A stretch of DNA of 53,421 nt from Catajapyx aquilonaris (lineage: Eukaryota), in contig JYFJ02002638.1 of NCBI GenBank assembly GCA_000934665.2, positions 1 through 53,421 on the forward strand, written 5' to 3'. The notes under the pieces are model-generated. The model was not told where the DNA came from. It saw only the letters and a list, made by a program, of their open reading frames with translations, and did no database searches. Shown here piece by piece: positions 33,886-45,222 of the stretch (the first letter of the stretch is position 1; each line of letters opens with the position of its first letter). The translations under genes were made by a program, and so were the position numbers.

Positions 33886-35070
33886 ATGGAAGATGCCGAC
33901 AATGAATGGGCCGCATTACGGGAAACTTCAATAACTAAAGAACTACTGGAGGAAGCAGTGAGGATAGAGAAAGGAACTGACGACGTGGTAATCCTGGACT
34001 TCAAGACCAAGGCAGGTTCTAAAAAGGGGGACAACTACCTCAGCTTCATCACAGCAGCTGAGGTCAAGACCAAGGTCAGAGGTGAGATTGAAACTTGCCA
34101 TTACATAGTAAAAGAGCTGCCTGCAGATGCAACCCGGAAGAAATTTTTGGAGCATGGAAATATATTTCAAAAAGAAATAGAAGTATATGGCACCATCATG
34201 CCTGCTCTGATGGATGTGCAGAAACAGATCGGGGTCAAGAATCCTATTGTTGTAGAGGCTCCCAAAATGTATTCATCAACCAAAAACACCGACCGGATTG
34301 TTTTTGAAAACCTGACCATTCAGGGGTACAGACTTGCTAGTAAGTACACCGGATTGGATTGCGACCATTGCCGATTAGCCCTAAAGGAATTGGGCAAGTA
34401 CCATGCCCTCTCGTACGCTCTTAGGCGGAACACAAAGAAGAATCTCGAGGAAGAGTATCATTGCTTGGAAGACAAATTTTTTGGAAAAGCAGGGAAAAAA
34501 ATGTTCCAAAAATTTATGAACAGCACTTACGACATGGCCATCAGAACTATCGGAATGGTCGACGCTGCTCTTGTAGAGAAAATGAAACCACTGGGTGGAG
34601 ATGTATATCAAAAGTGCATGGACATTCGGTGCGACACCGAAGGCTTAGAGGTCATATGTCACGGTGACTTCTGGGTGAACAATATGATGTTCAAGCACGA
34701 GAAGAAAGGCGATGTCGAAGTTCCAGTGGCTGTAAAGATGCTGGACTTTCAAATTACCCGAGTGGCTTCTCCTACCACGGACCTCCAGTACTTTTTCAGC
34801 ATCAGTACAACTAGCCTGATGCGCAAGAAGCACTTAAGTGACCTCCTGAAATTCTACCACGACACATTTACCAGCACCCTTTATTCAATGGGACTGGAGT
34901 TTGAGGAATTTACCTACCAGCGTCTGTGCGACAAGTACAAAAAGGATAATCTCTTCGGATATTATTTTGGTTGCTTTCTCTTGTCACTGCTTATGAATGA
35001 GTCCAACATGAATGAGAAGCACGACTTTCTGGATCGCCTGAAAGGTTTAGTACAGGATCTTGATGAATGA
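33886..35070 (+). CDS. EcKL kinase copy 14 (shortened C-terminus)
   Basis: 394 aa; catalytic motifs intact; internal C-terminal deletion and early stop relative to copy 15. Confidence 0.9.
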   Translation: MEDADNEWAALRETSITKELLEEAVRIEKGTDDVVILDFKTKAGSKKGDNYLSFITAAEVKTKVRGEIETCHYIVKELPADATRKKFLEHGNIFQKEIEVYGTIMPALMDVQKQIGVKNPIVVEAPKMYSSTKNTDRIVFENLTIQGYRLASKYTGLDCDHCRLALKELGKYHALSYALRRNTKKNLEEEYHCLEDKFFGKAGKKMFQKFMNSTYDMAIRTIGMVDAALVEKMKPLGGDVYQKCMDIRCDTEGLEVICHGDFWVNNMMFKHEKKGDVEVPVAVKMLDFQITRVASPTTDLQYFFSISTTSLMRKKHLSDLLKFYHDTFTSTLYSMGLEFEEFTYQRLCDKYKKDNLFGYYFGCFLLSLLMNESNMNEKHDFLDRLKGLVQDLDE

Positions 35071-35635
35071 ATCCCCTTCCGAATTAATTTCCTGTTTAGG
35101 GCGTACTACACTGTTAAAATGTAAGTAATTATTATCAATAATAAAATATGTTGATCTACGATATGCAAAGTGGGTAGAATCTATACTACTTTTTTCTAGT
35201 TTCTATTCTACCCCAGGCCAGTTTACTACAAGTGACGAGGTCAACGTGGATTTTTAATTGTCGCATCCTGATCTTAGAAATGCACAAATTAACCCAGTCC
35301 ATCACGGTGAAGGTCCCGTTATGTCATCGGGAGTGAAATGACCTTCAAATGAACGTATAAGAGATTCTCGTAGATCCGACACGCGCCAAATATTACATGA
35401 CTGTAATCGCCTTGAATTTTATTGCATTATTAAATTCACATTAAAAGATGTTGGTTTATTTCTGAATCATTTTAAAAATTTTGCAGGCATCTTCTATTTA
35501 GATTGATTTCTGATTTTCTGTAACTATTATTTGTGTGAAATACCATTGGTGTATCGACTTTAAATAATCACATTTTGGTTCTGAATACTTGGAGAGGCCT
35601 GGACACTTTATACGGTACATTCTGACGGTGTAGTA

Positions 35636-35750
35636 CGACCTTGACACAACGCAAGCGCTAGAATTATTAGTCCACGTGAACGTCAGTATCAATTCAGCTT
35701 CTGACGAACAGATATCACATCACACAGCAGTCAATAAGAGTTAGGTAAGT
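35636..35750 (+). promoter_or_regulatory. Putative promoter/first exon of copy 15 (intron 35745-36209)
   Basis: Homolog of the copy 14 module; GTTAG|GTAAGT donor; acceptor catttacag just before the ATG. Confidence 0.55.
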
Positions 35751-36214
35751 CTGAATCATATAAGATAGTCTTTACTAAAAGAACTTAGTTAATGAATCTA
35801 TGTGCGAGTTTACACTTTGTACATGGTACTTTGAATAACTAACGCAAAGCTTAGAATCAAAGAACTCTGCAATTATTTCAAACGTTACAAGATGTGAGCT
35901 CGTGGGTAATATAGGTTAAATTGATATTACGCGTTTTAAACCAGATTTCTTACGTAACTTGTATGATATGTGTGACTTGTGTGTAGCGTCTAATAGTGCA
36001 CCACCATTTACACAGCAAATCTTATCAGCATTATCACCGGCCGTTTGTGATTGACAGGGTATTGTGTTGCCATTGGCTCCTCCTATCAGTAAAAAATGAC
36101 AAAATTTCTTCAGTAATCCAACTGCCTATTGTGAATTCAAAAAATGTATTCTGCAAGCACTACTGGTATATTATGACCTGGTATTAAGAAATATTGTTTT
36201 CATTTACAGCAACA

Positions 36215-37480
36215 ATGGAAAATGCCAACCATGAATTGCCTGGAGAACCTGAAACCTCAATAACTACAGAGCTACTGGAGGAAGCAGTGAGGCGAGAGAA
36301 AGGAACAGACGATGTGGTAGTCCTGGATTTCAAGACCAAAGCGGGTACTAAAAGGGGGGACAACTACCTCAGCTACATCGCTGTAGCTGAGGTCAAGGCC
36401 AAGGTCAGAGGTGAGATTGAAACTTGCAATTACATAGTGAAAGAGCTGCCTGCAGATCCAGCCCGGAAGCAGTTTTTGGAAAATGGAAACGTCTTCCAAA
36501 GAGAAATAGAAGTGTATGGCACCATCATACCTGCTCTAATGGATGTGCAGAAACAGTACGGGGTCAAGAATCCTATTGTTGTAGAGGCTCCCAAAATGTA
36601 TTCGTCAACAAAAAACACCAACTGGATTGTATTTGAAAATCTGAAAATTCAGGGGTACAGGATGACCACCAAGTTCAATGGGTTGGACTACAACCATTGC
36701 CGATTAGCTCTAAATGAATTGGGCAAGTACCACGCTCTATCGTACGCTCTCAGACTGAACACAAAGAAGGACCTCGAGGAAGAGTATTCGTGCCTGGAGG
36801 ACCAGATGTTTTCAAAGGCAGGAGAAGAATTGTTCCGGGACCTTATGAACAGCTCCTACAAGATGGCCATCAGAACTATCGGAATGGTCGACGCTACTCT
36901 TGCAGAAAAAATGAAACCACTGGAGGGAAATGTATATCAAAAGTGCAGGGACATCCGGAACGACACCGAAGGCTTGGAGGTCATAGGTCACGGTGACTTC
37001 TGGGTGAACAACGTGATGTTCAAGTACGAGAAGAAAGGTGATATCGAAGTTCCAGTGGCTGTAAAGATGCTGGACTTTCAAATCAGCCGAGTTGCTTCTC
37101 CTACCATGGACCTCCTGTACTTCTTCAGCATCAACACAACTCGTCAGATGCGCCTGAAACACTTGAGGGACCTCCTGAAATCATACCACGACACATTCAC
37201 CAACGCCCTTCATTCAATGGGACTGGAATTTGAGGAATTTACGTACCAGCGTCTGTGCGACAAGTACGAAAAGGATCGTCTCTTCGGATATTATTTCGGT
37301 TGCTTTTTCTTGGCACTCATGATGGCCAACCCAGACGATACCTATAAGGTGGATGAAATTCCTGGCATGCAAGAAACACTCATCACCCATGAAATCCTGT
37401 CCAAAATGCACGAGAAGCACGACTATCTTGATCGTCTGAAGGGCCTAGCACAGGATCTTTATGAATCCCCTTTGATTTAA
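36215..37480 (+). CDS. EcKL kinase copy 15
   Basis: ATG 36215 (MENANHE); HGDFWVNN, DFQ. Confidence 0.95.
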   Translation: MENANHELPGEPETSITTELLEEAVRREKGTDDVVVLDFKTKAGTKRGDNYLSYIAVAEVKAKVRGEIETCNYIVKELPADPARKQFLENGNVFQREIEVYGTIIPALMDVQKQYGVKNPIVVEAPKMYSSTKNTNWIVFENLKIQGYRMTTKFNGLDYNHCRLALNELGKYHALSYALRLNTKKDLEEEYSCLEDQMFSKAGEELFRDLMNSSYKMAIRTIGMVDATLAEKMKPLEGNVYQKCRDIRNDTEGLEVIGHGDFWVNNVMFKYEKKGDIEVPVAVKMLDFQISRVASPTMDLLYFFSINTTRQMRLKHLRDLLKSYHDTFTNALHSMGLEFEEFTYQRLCDKYEKDRLFGYYFGCFFLALMMANPDDTYKVDEIPGMQETLITHEILSKMHEKHDYLDRLKGLAQDLYESPLI

Positions 37481-38271
37481 TAATATTATATGCCATAATT
37501 AATTTCCTCTTCATGTCATACTATACTGTTCAAGTGCGATATAAGTACCAACAAAAATGTGCAAATATTGTGGTAATGTATGCTGTCGATTTCATAAGTC
37601 AGTAATCGTAATTAAATAAAATCGTAACATTATTAGTAATAGAGCCTTGATCCATAATATTTCATGCAGAAACTATTTACTCTTTCCCTCTCCAGTGGAG
37701 CGTCAATGAACCAAGGACGTGGACATACGCAACACAAGGTAGTACACGTATGCCTACCAGTAAATTTGCAATGTGGCATTTCCTCCGAACCAATGAAAGA
37801 TCGCCAAGGCTGACAATATAGACACTCTTCATTTTCATCCCTGACCTTCAAGTACTAAAAAAATTGTGCGTAGTACGCTACAGCCCAATATTGTATCCTA
37901 CATTATGACATGGTCAAGACAGTGTCATGTTTTAGCAAGAGGACAGTAATATACTGTACATACCACCAAGTAAGTGTCAGTCTTGCACCAGAAGGCGCCA
38001 TAAATGATGTAACTTAATCAAATATTGCACTTAATGAAAATAATTCAAATGGTTGTGGTGAAATAATTATTTTTGCCACAAACATCCTGATAGGAATGAG
38101 TCTGTTTTGTTCCTCGCAAATTTAAACTAGGCAGCCATTGGCTGGTAGGCGTCACACTCGTGCAATGTGCAAGGTCCTTGAGGCTATTCCAGTGTAAGCA
38201 GTACAGCCGGTACTATCACCCCGAGCGGACGTGGTTATCACATCTAGTGCTTTTCAAGTTACAATTAGGCG

Positions 38272-39567
38272 ATGGCGAATCAAGAATCGGCCCCACCCTC
38301 CGAGACCATCACCAAGGCATTGTTGGAAGAGACAATACGGGCAGCCAGTAACGTAGAGGACGTGGAAGTTCTGGACTTCACTTCCGCATCTGGATCCAAA
38401 AAGGGGGACAATTATGCAAGTACCATCATCGCAGTAGATGTGAATGCCAAGGTCGGTGGAAGTGAGAAGACATTTAACTTCATAGTGAAGGAAATTCCGT
38501 CTGATCCGACACGTAAGAAGTATATGGAAGACTCCAAAGTGTTTCCTAAGGAGGTTAATGTGTACACCGTGCTGCATAAAGCCATGCTGGATATTCAGAA
38601 GCGACATGGAGTGAAGAATCCGGTGAAGGTGGAGGCTCCGGAGCTATACAAGTACTCGTTAGGTGATGATACCAAATACCTAATTTTCAACAACCTGGTC
38701 AAAATTGGATACAAAATGGCGGACAAGTACGCCGGATTGGATTACGACCATTGCAGACTGGCATTGACGGAACTGGGCAAGTACCACGCTTATTCCTACG
38801 CCCTCAAGTTGGCTGCTACCAAACCCATAATGGAAGAGTATCCTTTCTTGGATGATATAATGATAAACGACGAAATGGAGAAGATGTTTGGTCCTTTCTT
38901 CGAGAACTCTTACGAAAACATGATCAAGATTGTGTCAGGCACTGATGCAGTTCTGGCAGAGAAGATGCGCAAGTTCTCCGGAGAGGTCTACCAAATATGT
39001 AAGACAATCCGGCTAGACGGTGATGGACTTGACCTAATCCTCCATGGCGACTTTTGGGTCAACAACATGATTTTCAAGTATGAGACACGTGACGGAAAAG
39101 AAGTTCCAGTTGGTGTCAAACTCCTGGATTTTCAAGTGGCTCGATACGGTGCTCCTACCTTAGACCTTACCTACTTCTTATACACAAGCACTCCTTATAA
39201 CCTCCACAAAAATCACCTGCAAGACCTCCTTAAGATTTACCACGACTCTTTCACCAACGCTTTGAAGTCAATGGGCTTGGAGTTTCCAGAATTCTCGTTG
39301 AAACGACTCCAGGAAAAGTATGAAAAAGATCGGTTGATGGGATTCTTCTTCGGATGTATGGCTCTTCCGCTGATGATGGCCAGGCCTGAGGACACTTTGA
39401 ACATGGACGACCTGAAAGAGGGAATGGATGAGAAGGAAATGGCGACGGAATTTGCAAGCCGGATGGAAGACAGCTTGAAGAGGATGAAAGACAATGATCA
39501 CTTTCAAGACCGAGTTATTGGCATTGTTCGGGATATTGACGCCGCTGGACTCTTTGACAGTTCTTAG
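38272..39567 (+). CDS. EcKL kinase copy 16
   Basis: 431 aa; GDNY, HGDFWVNN, DFQ. Confidence 0.95.
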   Translation: MANQESAPPSETITKALLEETIRAASNVEDVEVLDFTSASGSKKGDNYASTIIAVDVNAKVGGSEKTFNFIVKEIPSDPTRKKYMEDSKVFPKEVNVYTVLHKAMLDIQKRHGVKNPVKVEAPELYKYSLGDDTKYLIFNNLVKIGYKMADKYAGLDYDHCRLALTELGKYHAYSYALKLAATKPIMEEYPFLDDIMINDEMEKMFGPFFENSYENMIKIVSGTDAVLAEKMRKFSGEVYQICKTIRLDGDGLDLILHGDFWVNNMIFKYETRDGKEVPVGVKLLDFQVARYGAPTLDLTYFLYTSTPYNLHKNHLQDLLKIYHDSFTNALKSMGLEFPEFSLKRLQEKYEKDRLMGFFFGCMALPLMMARPEDTLNMDDLKEGMDEKEMATEFASRMEDSLKRMKDNDHFQDRVIGIVRDIDAAGLFDSS

Positions 39568-40134
39568 GCACCAAACTATTAGTGATGTTCAATAACTCAG
39601 TGATTTAAAGTATATATGTAAGTTACTGATTACATAAAACTTTATGATACGGTATATGATCTATATTTGTCAATAATTTAATAAACACCCCCATTAGCCA
39701 TTACTCATTTTGAACTTTAATACCTGGATCACCAAATCCTTTATCAAATTACGTAACTGGAAGTGATATTGTTAACAGTTCATAGTCCGAAATCAGGTAG
39801 GTGCAATAGGTTATCGACATATCATCAGTTTACCAGCTGACAGTGAATAATAGTAATATGAGATTATAAGAGGCCCAGATACGGCTGGTGTGGATCGAGG
39901 GTAGGTAATTATGCAACATTCGTAATTATTAGAGTAAGTAATCAATAAACTCTGAAATAATTTGGCAGAAATAGACAAACATTTAAAAATTTAGAGCATT
40001 TTGTCCTCGAAATATATGGTAAGCAATACAGTAAAACTTCCACTCATACGAAAAGAACTCGTTTGATGTCACATCTACATGTAATATATTTTGCACTAAT
40101 AAAGACTATGGGTGTAGATATTTTACTGCGTCAG

Positions 40135-40472
40135 TAGGGTAATTCCATGTGATGTCACAAAAAAGTATAGGATTCACACCAGATTCACACCCTCTATTTT
40201 TAAATTAAACTGAAAATTGGAATATAAACTTACACTATGACAATGAAATGTTATAGCCTACATTCTTGAATCTTGGGGTCAATAGTTCACAAGTTACAAG
40301 CAAGTGAAAAAATTCCAACAAAAAAAACAACCTAATACACATGTTTCAAAATTAAACTATGGATCTCACATGCACTATACTGCAGGCGTTTGATTTGTGC
40401 GGGTGCTTTTTTCCACACCATAATTATATTCGATAGGTCGAATTTTTGTCTCGATTCCATGGGATTTCACTA
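40135..40472. mobile_element. Possible degenerate MITE
   Basis: Imperfect TIRs TAGGGTAATTCCATG and CATGGGATTTCACTA (12/15 match) with TA ends; not seen in the paralogous spacers. Confidence 0.3.
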
Positions 40473-40669
40473 TATATTTTTATTCCGCTTCTAGCCAATT
40501 AAAACTAGTCATTCATTGGCTGGTGGCGTCACACTCGTAGAATGTGCAAGGACCTTGAGGCTATTCCCGGCTATTCCAGTACATAGGTGTAAGCAGTACC
40601 GCCAGTACTATCATCCCGAGCGGACGTGGTTATCACATCTAGTGCTTTTCAAGTTACAATAATTAGGCG

Positions 40670-41965
40670 ATGGCGAATCAAGAATCGGCCCCACCTTCCG
40701 AGACCATCACCAAGGCATTGTTGGAAGAGACAATACGGGCAGCCAGTAACGTAGAGGACGTGGAAGTTCTGGACTTCACTTCCGCATCTGGATCCAAAAA
40801 GGGGGACAATTATGCAAGTACCATCATCGCAGTAGATGTGAATGCCAAGGTCGGTGGAAGTGAAAAGACATTTAACTTCATAGTGAAGGAAATTCCATTA
40901 GATGCGGGACGTAAGAAGTTTATGGAGGTATCCAATGTGTTTCCTAAGGAAGTTAATGTGTACACCGTGCTTCATAAAGCCATGCTGGATATTCAGAAGC
41001 GACATGGGGTGAAGAATCCGGTGAAGGTGGAGACTCCGGAGCTATACAAGTACTCGTTAGGTGATGATACCAAATACCTAATTTTCAACAACCTGGTCAA
41101 AATTGGATACAAAATGGCGGACAAGTATGCCGGATTGGATTACGACCATTGCAGACTGGCATTGACGGAACTGGGCAAGTACCACGCTTTTTCCTACGCC
41201 CTCAAGCTGGCTGCTACCAAACCCATAATGGAAGAGTATCCGTTCTTGGATGACATAATGATAAACGACGAAATGGAGAAGATGTTTGGTCCTTTCTTCG
41301 AGAACTCTTACGAAAACATGATCAAGATTGTGTCAGGCACTGATGCAGTTCTGGCAGAGAAGATGCGCAAGTTTTCCGGAAATGTCTTCCAAACGTGTAA
41401 GACAATCCGGCTAGACGGTGATGGACTTGACCTAATCCTCCATGGCGACTTTTGGGTCAACAACATGATTTTCAAGTATGAGACACGTGACGGAAAAGAA
41501 GTTCCAGTTGGTATCAAACTTCTTGATTTTCAAGTGGCTCGATACGGTGCTCCTACCTTAGACATCACCTACTTCTTATACACAAGTACTCCTTATAACC
41601 TCCGCAAAAATCACCTGCAAGACCTCCTTAAGATTTACCACGACTCTTTCACCAACGCTTTGAAGTCAATGGGCTTGGAGTTTCCAGAATTCTCATTCAA
41701 ACGACTCCAGGAAAAGTATGAAAAAGATCGGTTGATTGGATTCTTCTTCGGATGTATGACTCTTCCGCTGATGATGGCCAGACCTGAGGACGCTTTGAAC
41801 ATGGACGACGCGAAAGAGGGAATGGATGATAAGGAAATAATGGCGGAATTTGCGATCCGGATGGAAGACAGCTTGAAGAGGATGAAAGACAATGATCATT
41901 TTCAAGACCGAGTTATTGGCATTGTTCGGGATATTGACGCTGCTGGACTCTTTGACAGTTCTTAG
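40670..41965 (+). CDS. EcKL kinase copy 17 (recent duplicate of copy 16)
   Basis: 431 aa; 5' and 3' flanks are also duplicated with copy 16. Confidence 0.95.
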   Translation: MANQESAPPSETITKALLEETIRAASNVEDVEVLDFTSASGSKKGDNYASTIIAVDVNAKVGGSEKTFNFIVKEIPLDAGRKKFMEVSNVFPKEVNVYTVLHKAMLDIQKRHGVKNPVKVETPELYKYSLGDDTKYLIFNNLVKIGYKMADKYAGLDYDHCRLALTELGKYHAFSYALKLAATKPIMEEYPFLDDIMINDEMEKMFGPFFENSYENMIKIVSGTDAVLAEKMRKFSGNVFQTCKTIRLDGDGLDLILHGDFWVNNMIFKYETRDGKEVPVGIKLLDFQVARYGAPTLDITYFLYTSTPYNLRKNHLQDLLKIYHDSFTNALKSMGLEFPEFSFKRLQEKYEKDRLIGFFFGCMTLPLMMARPEDALNMDDAKEGMDDKEIMAEFAIRMEDSLKRMKDNDHFQDRVIGIVRDIDAAGLFDSS

Positions 41966-42761
41966 GCACCAAATATATGCAGTATACATCAGTGATATCT
42001 AATTACTCAGTGATTTAAAATGTACGTAAGTTACTGATTACTTGGCATGTATAAGAATATAAAACTCTTATGATACTCTGTATGATCTATATTTTGTCAC
42101 TTTAATAAACACCCCCATTATTCATTTTGAACTTTAATACCAGGATCGCCAAATCCTTTGTCAAATTACGTAACTGTAACTGATATTGCTAACAGTTCAT
42201 AGTCTGAAATCAGGTAGGTGCAATGGGTTATCGACATATCATCAGTTTACCAGCTGACAGTGAAAAAAGATAATCAACAAGAGATTAAGTGGCCGAGATA
42301 TACGGTAGGTGTGGATCGAGGGTAATTATTCAGTAAGTAACAAATAAACACTTCTTATCATTTCCAATATGAAATGTAGCCTATTTATAATGTGTGATCT
42401 CTAGGATGTAAAAGCATTATATTTGTGCCCTTGGCAAATTTTCCACTGTTGACATGGCGAATGACATATTCCTTGGGCAATGGAACACAAACTCTAGAGG
42501 CAAGCGATACTTTAAAACAATTAAAAAATCGTGCTTGTATCCACATGATAAGTAATACACATACAGTATGAAGCACTATCTAAGCATCACGAGTGGCACT
42601 GGTTTAGTTACGCAATATATGGCAAGGGGTGACAAACATATCTTTTTATACACCCCTACCTCAAGCACTTAATAACCTTGAAGGTTACTTTCTGTCTCTC
42701 CATACTTTATACACACTCTGAGTTGCATGCTTTCCACACGTCGCATTATCGACTGATCATC

Positions 42762-44033
42762 ATGGACAACCAGAACAGAGAATCCGACACTCCCCAACCC
42801 ATCACCAGGACACTATTGGAGCAGACTGTGAAGACAGCCACAGGTGAACAGCAGGTGGAAATAGTGGACTTCACCACCAAGTCAGGCTCCAACAGAGGTG
42901 ACAGCTACGCCAGTGACATCCACGCTGTCGGGGTCAAGGCCAGGGTCGGATGCAGCGATGAGGTCAGGTCATTCCACTTCATCATCAAAGCCATCCCAAG
43001 AGAACAGGCACGGAGACAGTACATGGAGGAGTTCAACTTGTTTCCGAAAGAAATCAAGGCCTACACCACTCTTCTTCCTGCCCTAGAAGAAGTTCAACGA
43101 CTCTATGGGGTGGACACTCCAGTGAAGATCGCAGCAGCAGAGTTCTATTCCTCCATCAGCAACACTGAATTCCTAATCTTTGAGAACCTGATTTCAAAAG
43201 GATACAAGAGAGCAAACAAGTTCGCTGGGCTGGATTACGACCATTGTTGCCTGGCCATGAAGGAATTGGGTAAATTCCATGCTCTTTCCTACGCACTGAA
43301 GATGAATACTAAGAAGTCTCTGGAGGAAGAGTATCCCTTCCTGGAAGATGTAATGATGGCAGGGAAGCTGGACGAAATGTTCAAGCCTTTCTATGAACAT
43401 TCGTATAACCTGGCTATCAAGACTGTGAAGCTTGTTGATGCGGATTTGTCGAAGAAGATGAGGTTTTTGATGGGAAAAGTGTACAAGACGTGCCAGGACA
43501 TACGAAACACTCATGATGGATTCGACCTGATCCTGCACGGCGACTTTTATGTGAACAACATGTTGTTCAAGTACGAAGACCGCGATGGTACATCAGTTCC
43601 GGTGTCGATCAAGCTTCTGGACTTTCAAATTGTTCGTGTCGGTTCGCCCACTCTGGACCTGACGTACTTCTTTTACACCAGCACTCCGTATGACCTGCGA
43701 CACCAGCACATGCAAGGTCTCCTGAAGCTGTATCACGACACATTCGCCAACACCCTTCAGACAATGGGACTGGAATACCCCGAATTTACACTGCAAAGAC
43801 TTTTAGACAAGTTCGACAAGGACCTTCTTTTCGGGTACTTTTTTGGCTGCATGGCTCTGCCTCCGTTGATGACTCGTCCTGACGACACCTTGGACCATCT
43901 GGACGACAACGAAGTGGGACAGGAACGTCCGAATGTGAAGGAAGGCAAAGTAAGAAGACTAAAGGACAATCGTCATGTTCAGGATCGTCTGAAAGGGATT
44001 GCTTTGGATATGGAAACAGCAGGATTAATATAA
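42762..44033 (+). CDS. EcKL kinase copy 18
   Basis: ATG 42762 (MDNQNRE); GDSY, HGDFYVNN, DFQ. Confidence 0.94.
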   Translation: MDNQNRESDTPQPITRTLLEQTVKTATGEQQVEIVDFTTKSGSNRGDSYASDIHAVGVKARVGCSDEVRSFHFIIKAIPREQARRQYMEEFNLFPKEIKAYTTLLPALEEVQRLYGVDTPVKIAAAEFYSSISNTEFLIFENLISKGYKRANKFAGLDYDHCCLAMKELGKFHALSYALKMNTKKSLEEEYPFLEDVMMAGKLDEMFKPFYEHSYNLAIKTVKLVDADLSKKMRFLMGKVYKTCQDIRNTHDGFDLILHGDFYVNNMLFKYEDRDGTSVPVSIKLLDFQIVRVGSPTLDLTYFFYTSTPYDLRHQHMQGLLKLYHDTFANTLQTMGLEYPEFTLQRLLDKFDKDLLFGYFFGCMALPPLMTRPDDTLDHLDDNEVGQERPNVKEGKVRRLKDNRHVQDRLKGIALDMETAGLI

Positions 44034-45222
44034 ACTTCGAATATTGGTAAGTTACTTTACGCCCTGAGTAGCCTAAGCTTCCTTGTCATAACATTCATAA
44101 CATTACATTTTTCCCAACCTTTAGAAAGCATTCTGGCCCAGCACCGTAAAAGAAACACATATCCGGAGCAAGTATCATGTCTGTACAGTACATAGCAATA
44201 GTCAGTATGTAAGTAACAAAGTGTATGTGATGTCAAAAATATGTAAATAAAGATAAAGCGATAACATGGACTGTAACAGAGGTTACCAACTTGTGATTTT
44301 GTAATTATATCCCATCCCAATGCAATTTCGGTCAGAAAAACCGGTGGTATCAGGATAATGTGCAATATTGATAACGATGTTCGGTATCCACCATCTTTGT
44401 AGGTGTGTAAGTATTATCGGTGCAGCTTGTGACTGGTTGCGCAACATCGTTCAAAGTGTTGATATGGACTGAATAATTGTATTTTGAACTACACTATAGT
44501 ACTACTGTACGAGTGGTATGCATGAAAATAAGCTACAAAGGTCAGTGGGAGATCACACTCTGATTATTTTGCATGGTAAGCCAAAAGTAGGTTCAGCTTC
44601 ATATCTCAAAATCGGACAGTTGCTCAACCGGAAGGCAGATGCCATGAATATGATACAATGCACATCCTGAGGATGTTGTGTGTAATGGCCACACAATATG
44701 GTATGTATTACGTAATACATTCTGTGAAATTCCAGATTTTTGAAAAGTCGCGTAATGGCATTGTTGGCATGTGAATACCAGCACCGGTGCACGTGGGAAT
44801 TTCTTTTACACTCAAAATAAAATTGGTGTGTTAAATGTAGATTAGCCTCATGTTACTTAGGTATAACTCGAGGGAACTGGAACTATTTTTGTTTTTAAAA
44901 AAATAAGTGCGTCATTTTCAACACCGGTTAAATCTGATAACAAATAACAAAAACGATGAACTACATTTTTGATGACACAACACCCACACGTGTCGGAATC
45001 CCCATTCCATTACTCTTTATCAGACAAAATTCCCACCGGTATGTTTATCAGCAGCGAGTTACGACAAACTTCCGCGAAGAAGTTCCATTGGTCAGTACAC
45101 TCGACCTTCAAGAGTCCACGCAACACCCTACCTCTTTGAAGTTGTGTACAGTACGCCAAGCAAACAGTGCGATCTGCCATCTCAGTGTTTGCACATCGTA
45201 TCCAAAATAATCGTGATCAACA

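Noticed and set aside
3060..42761. Long N-terminal extensions in the ORF track (copies 2, 3, 5, 8, 10, 15, 18) as signal peptides
   Set aside because: They are not conserved among paralogs, several begin at GTG/TTG, and several run through polypyrimidine-AG acceptors; the downstream ATGs align across the family.
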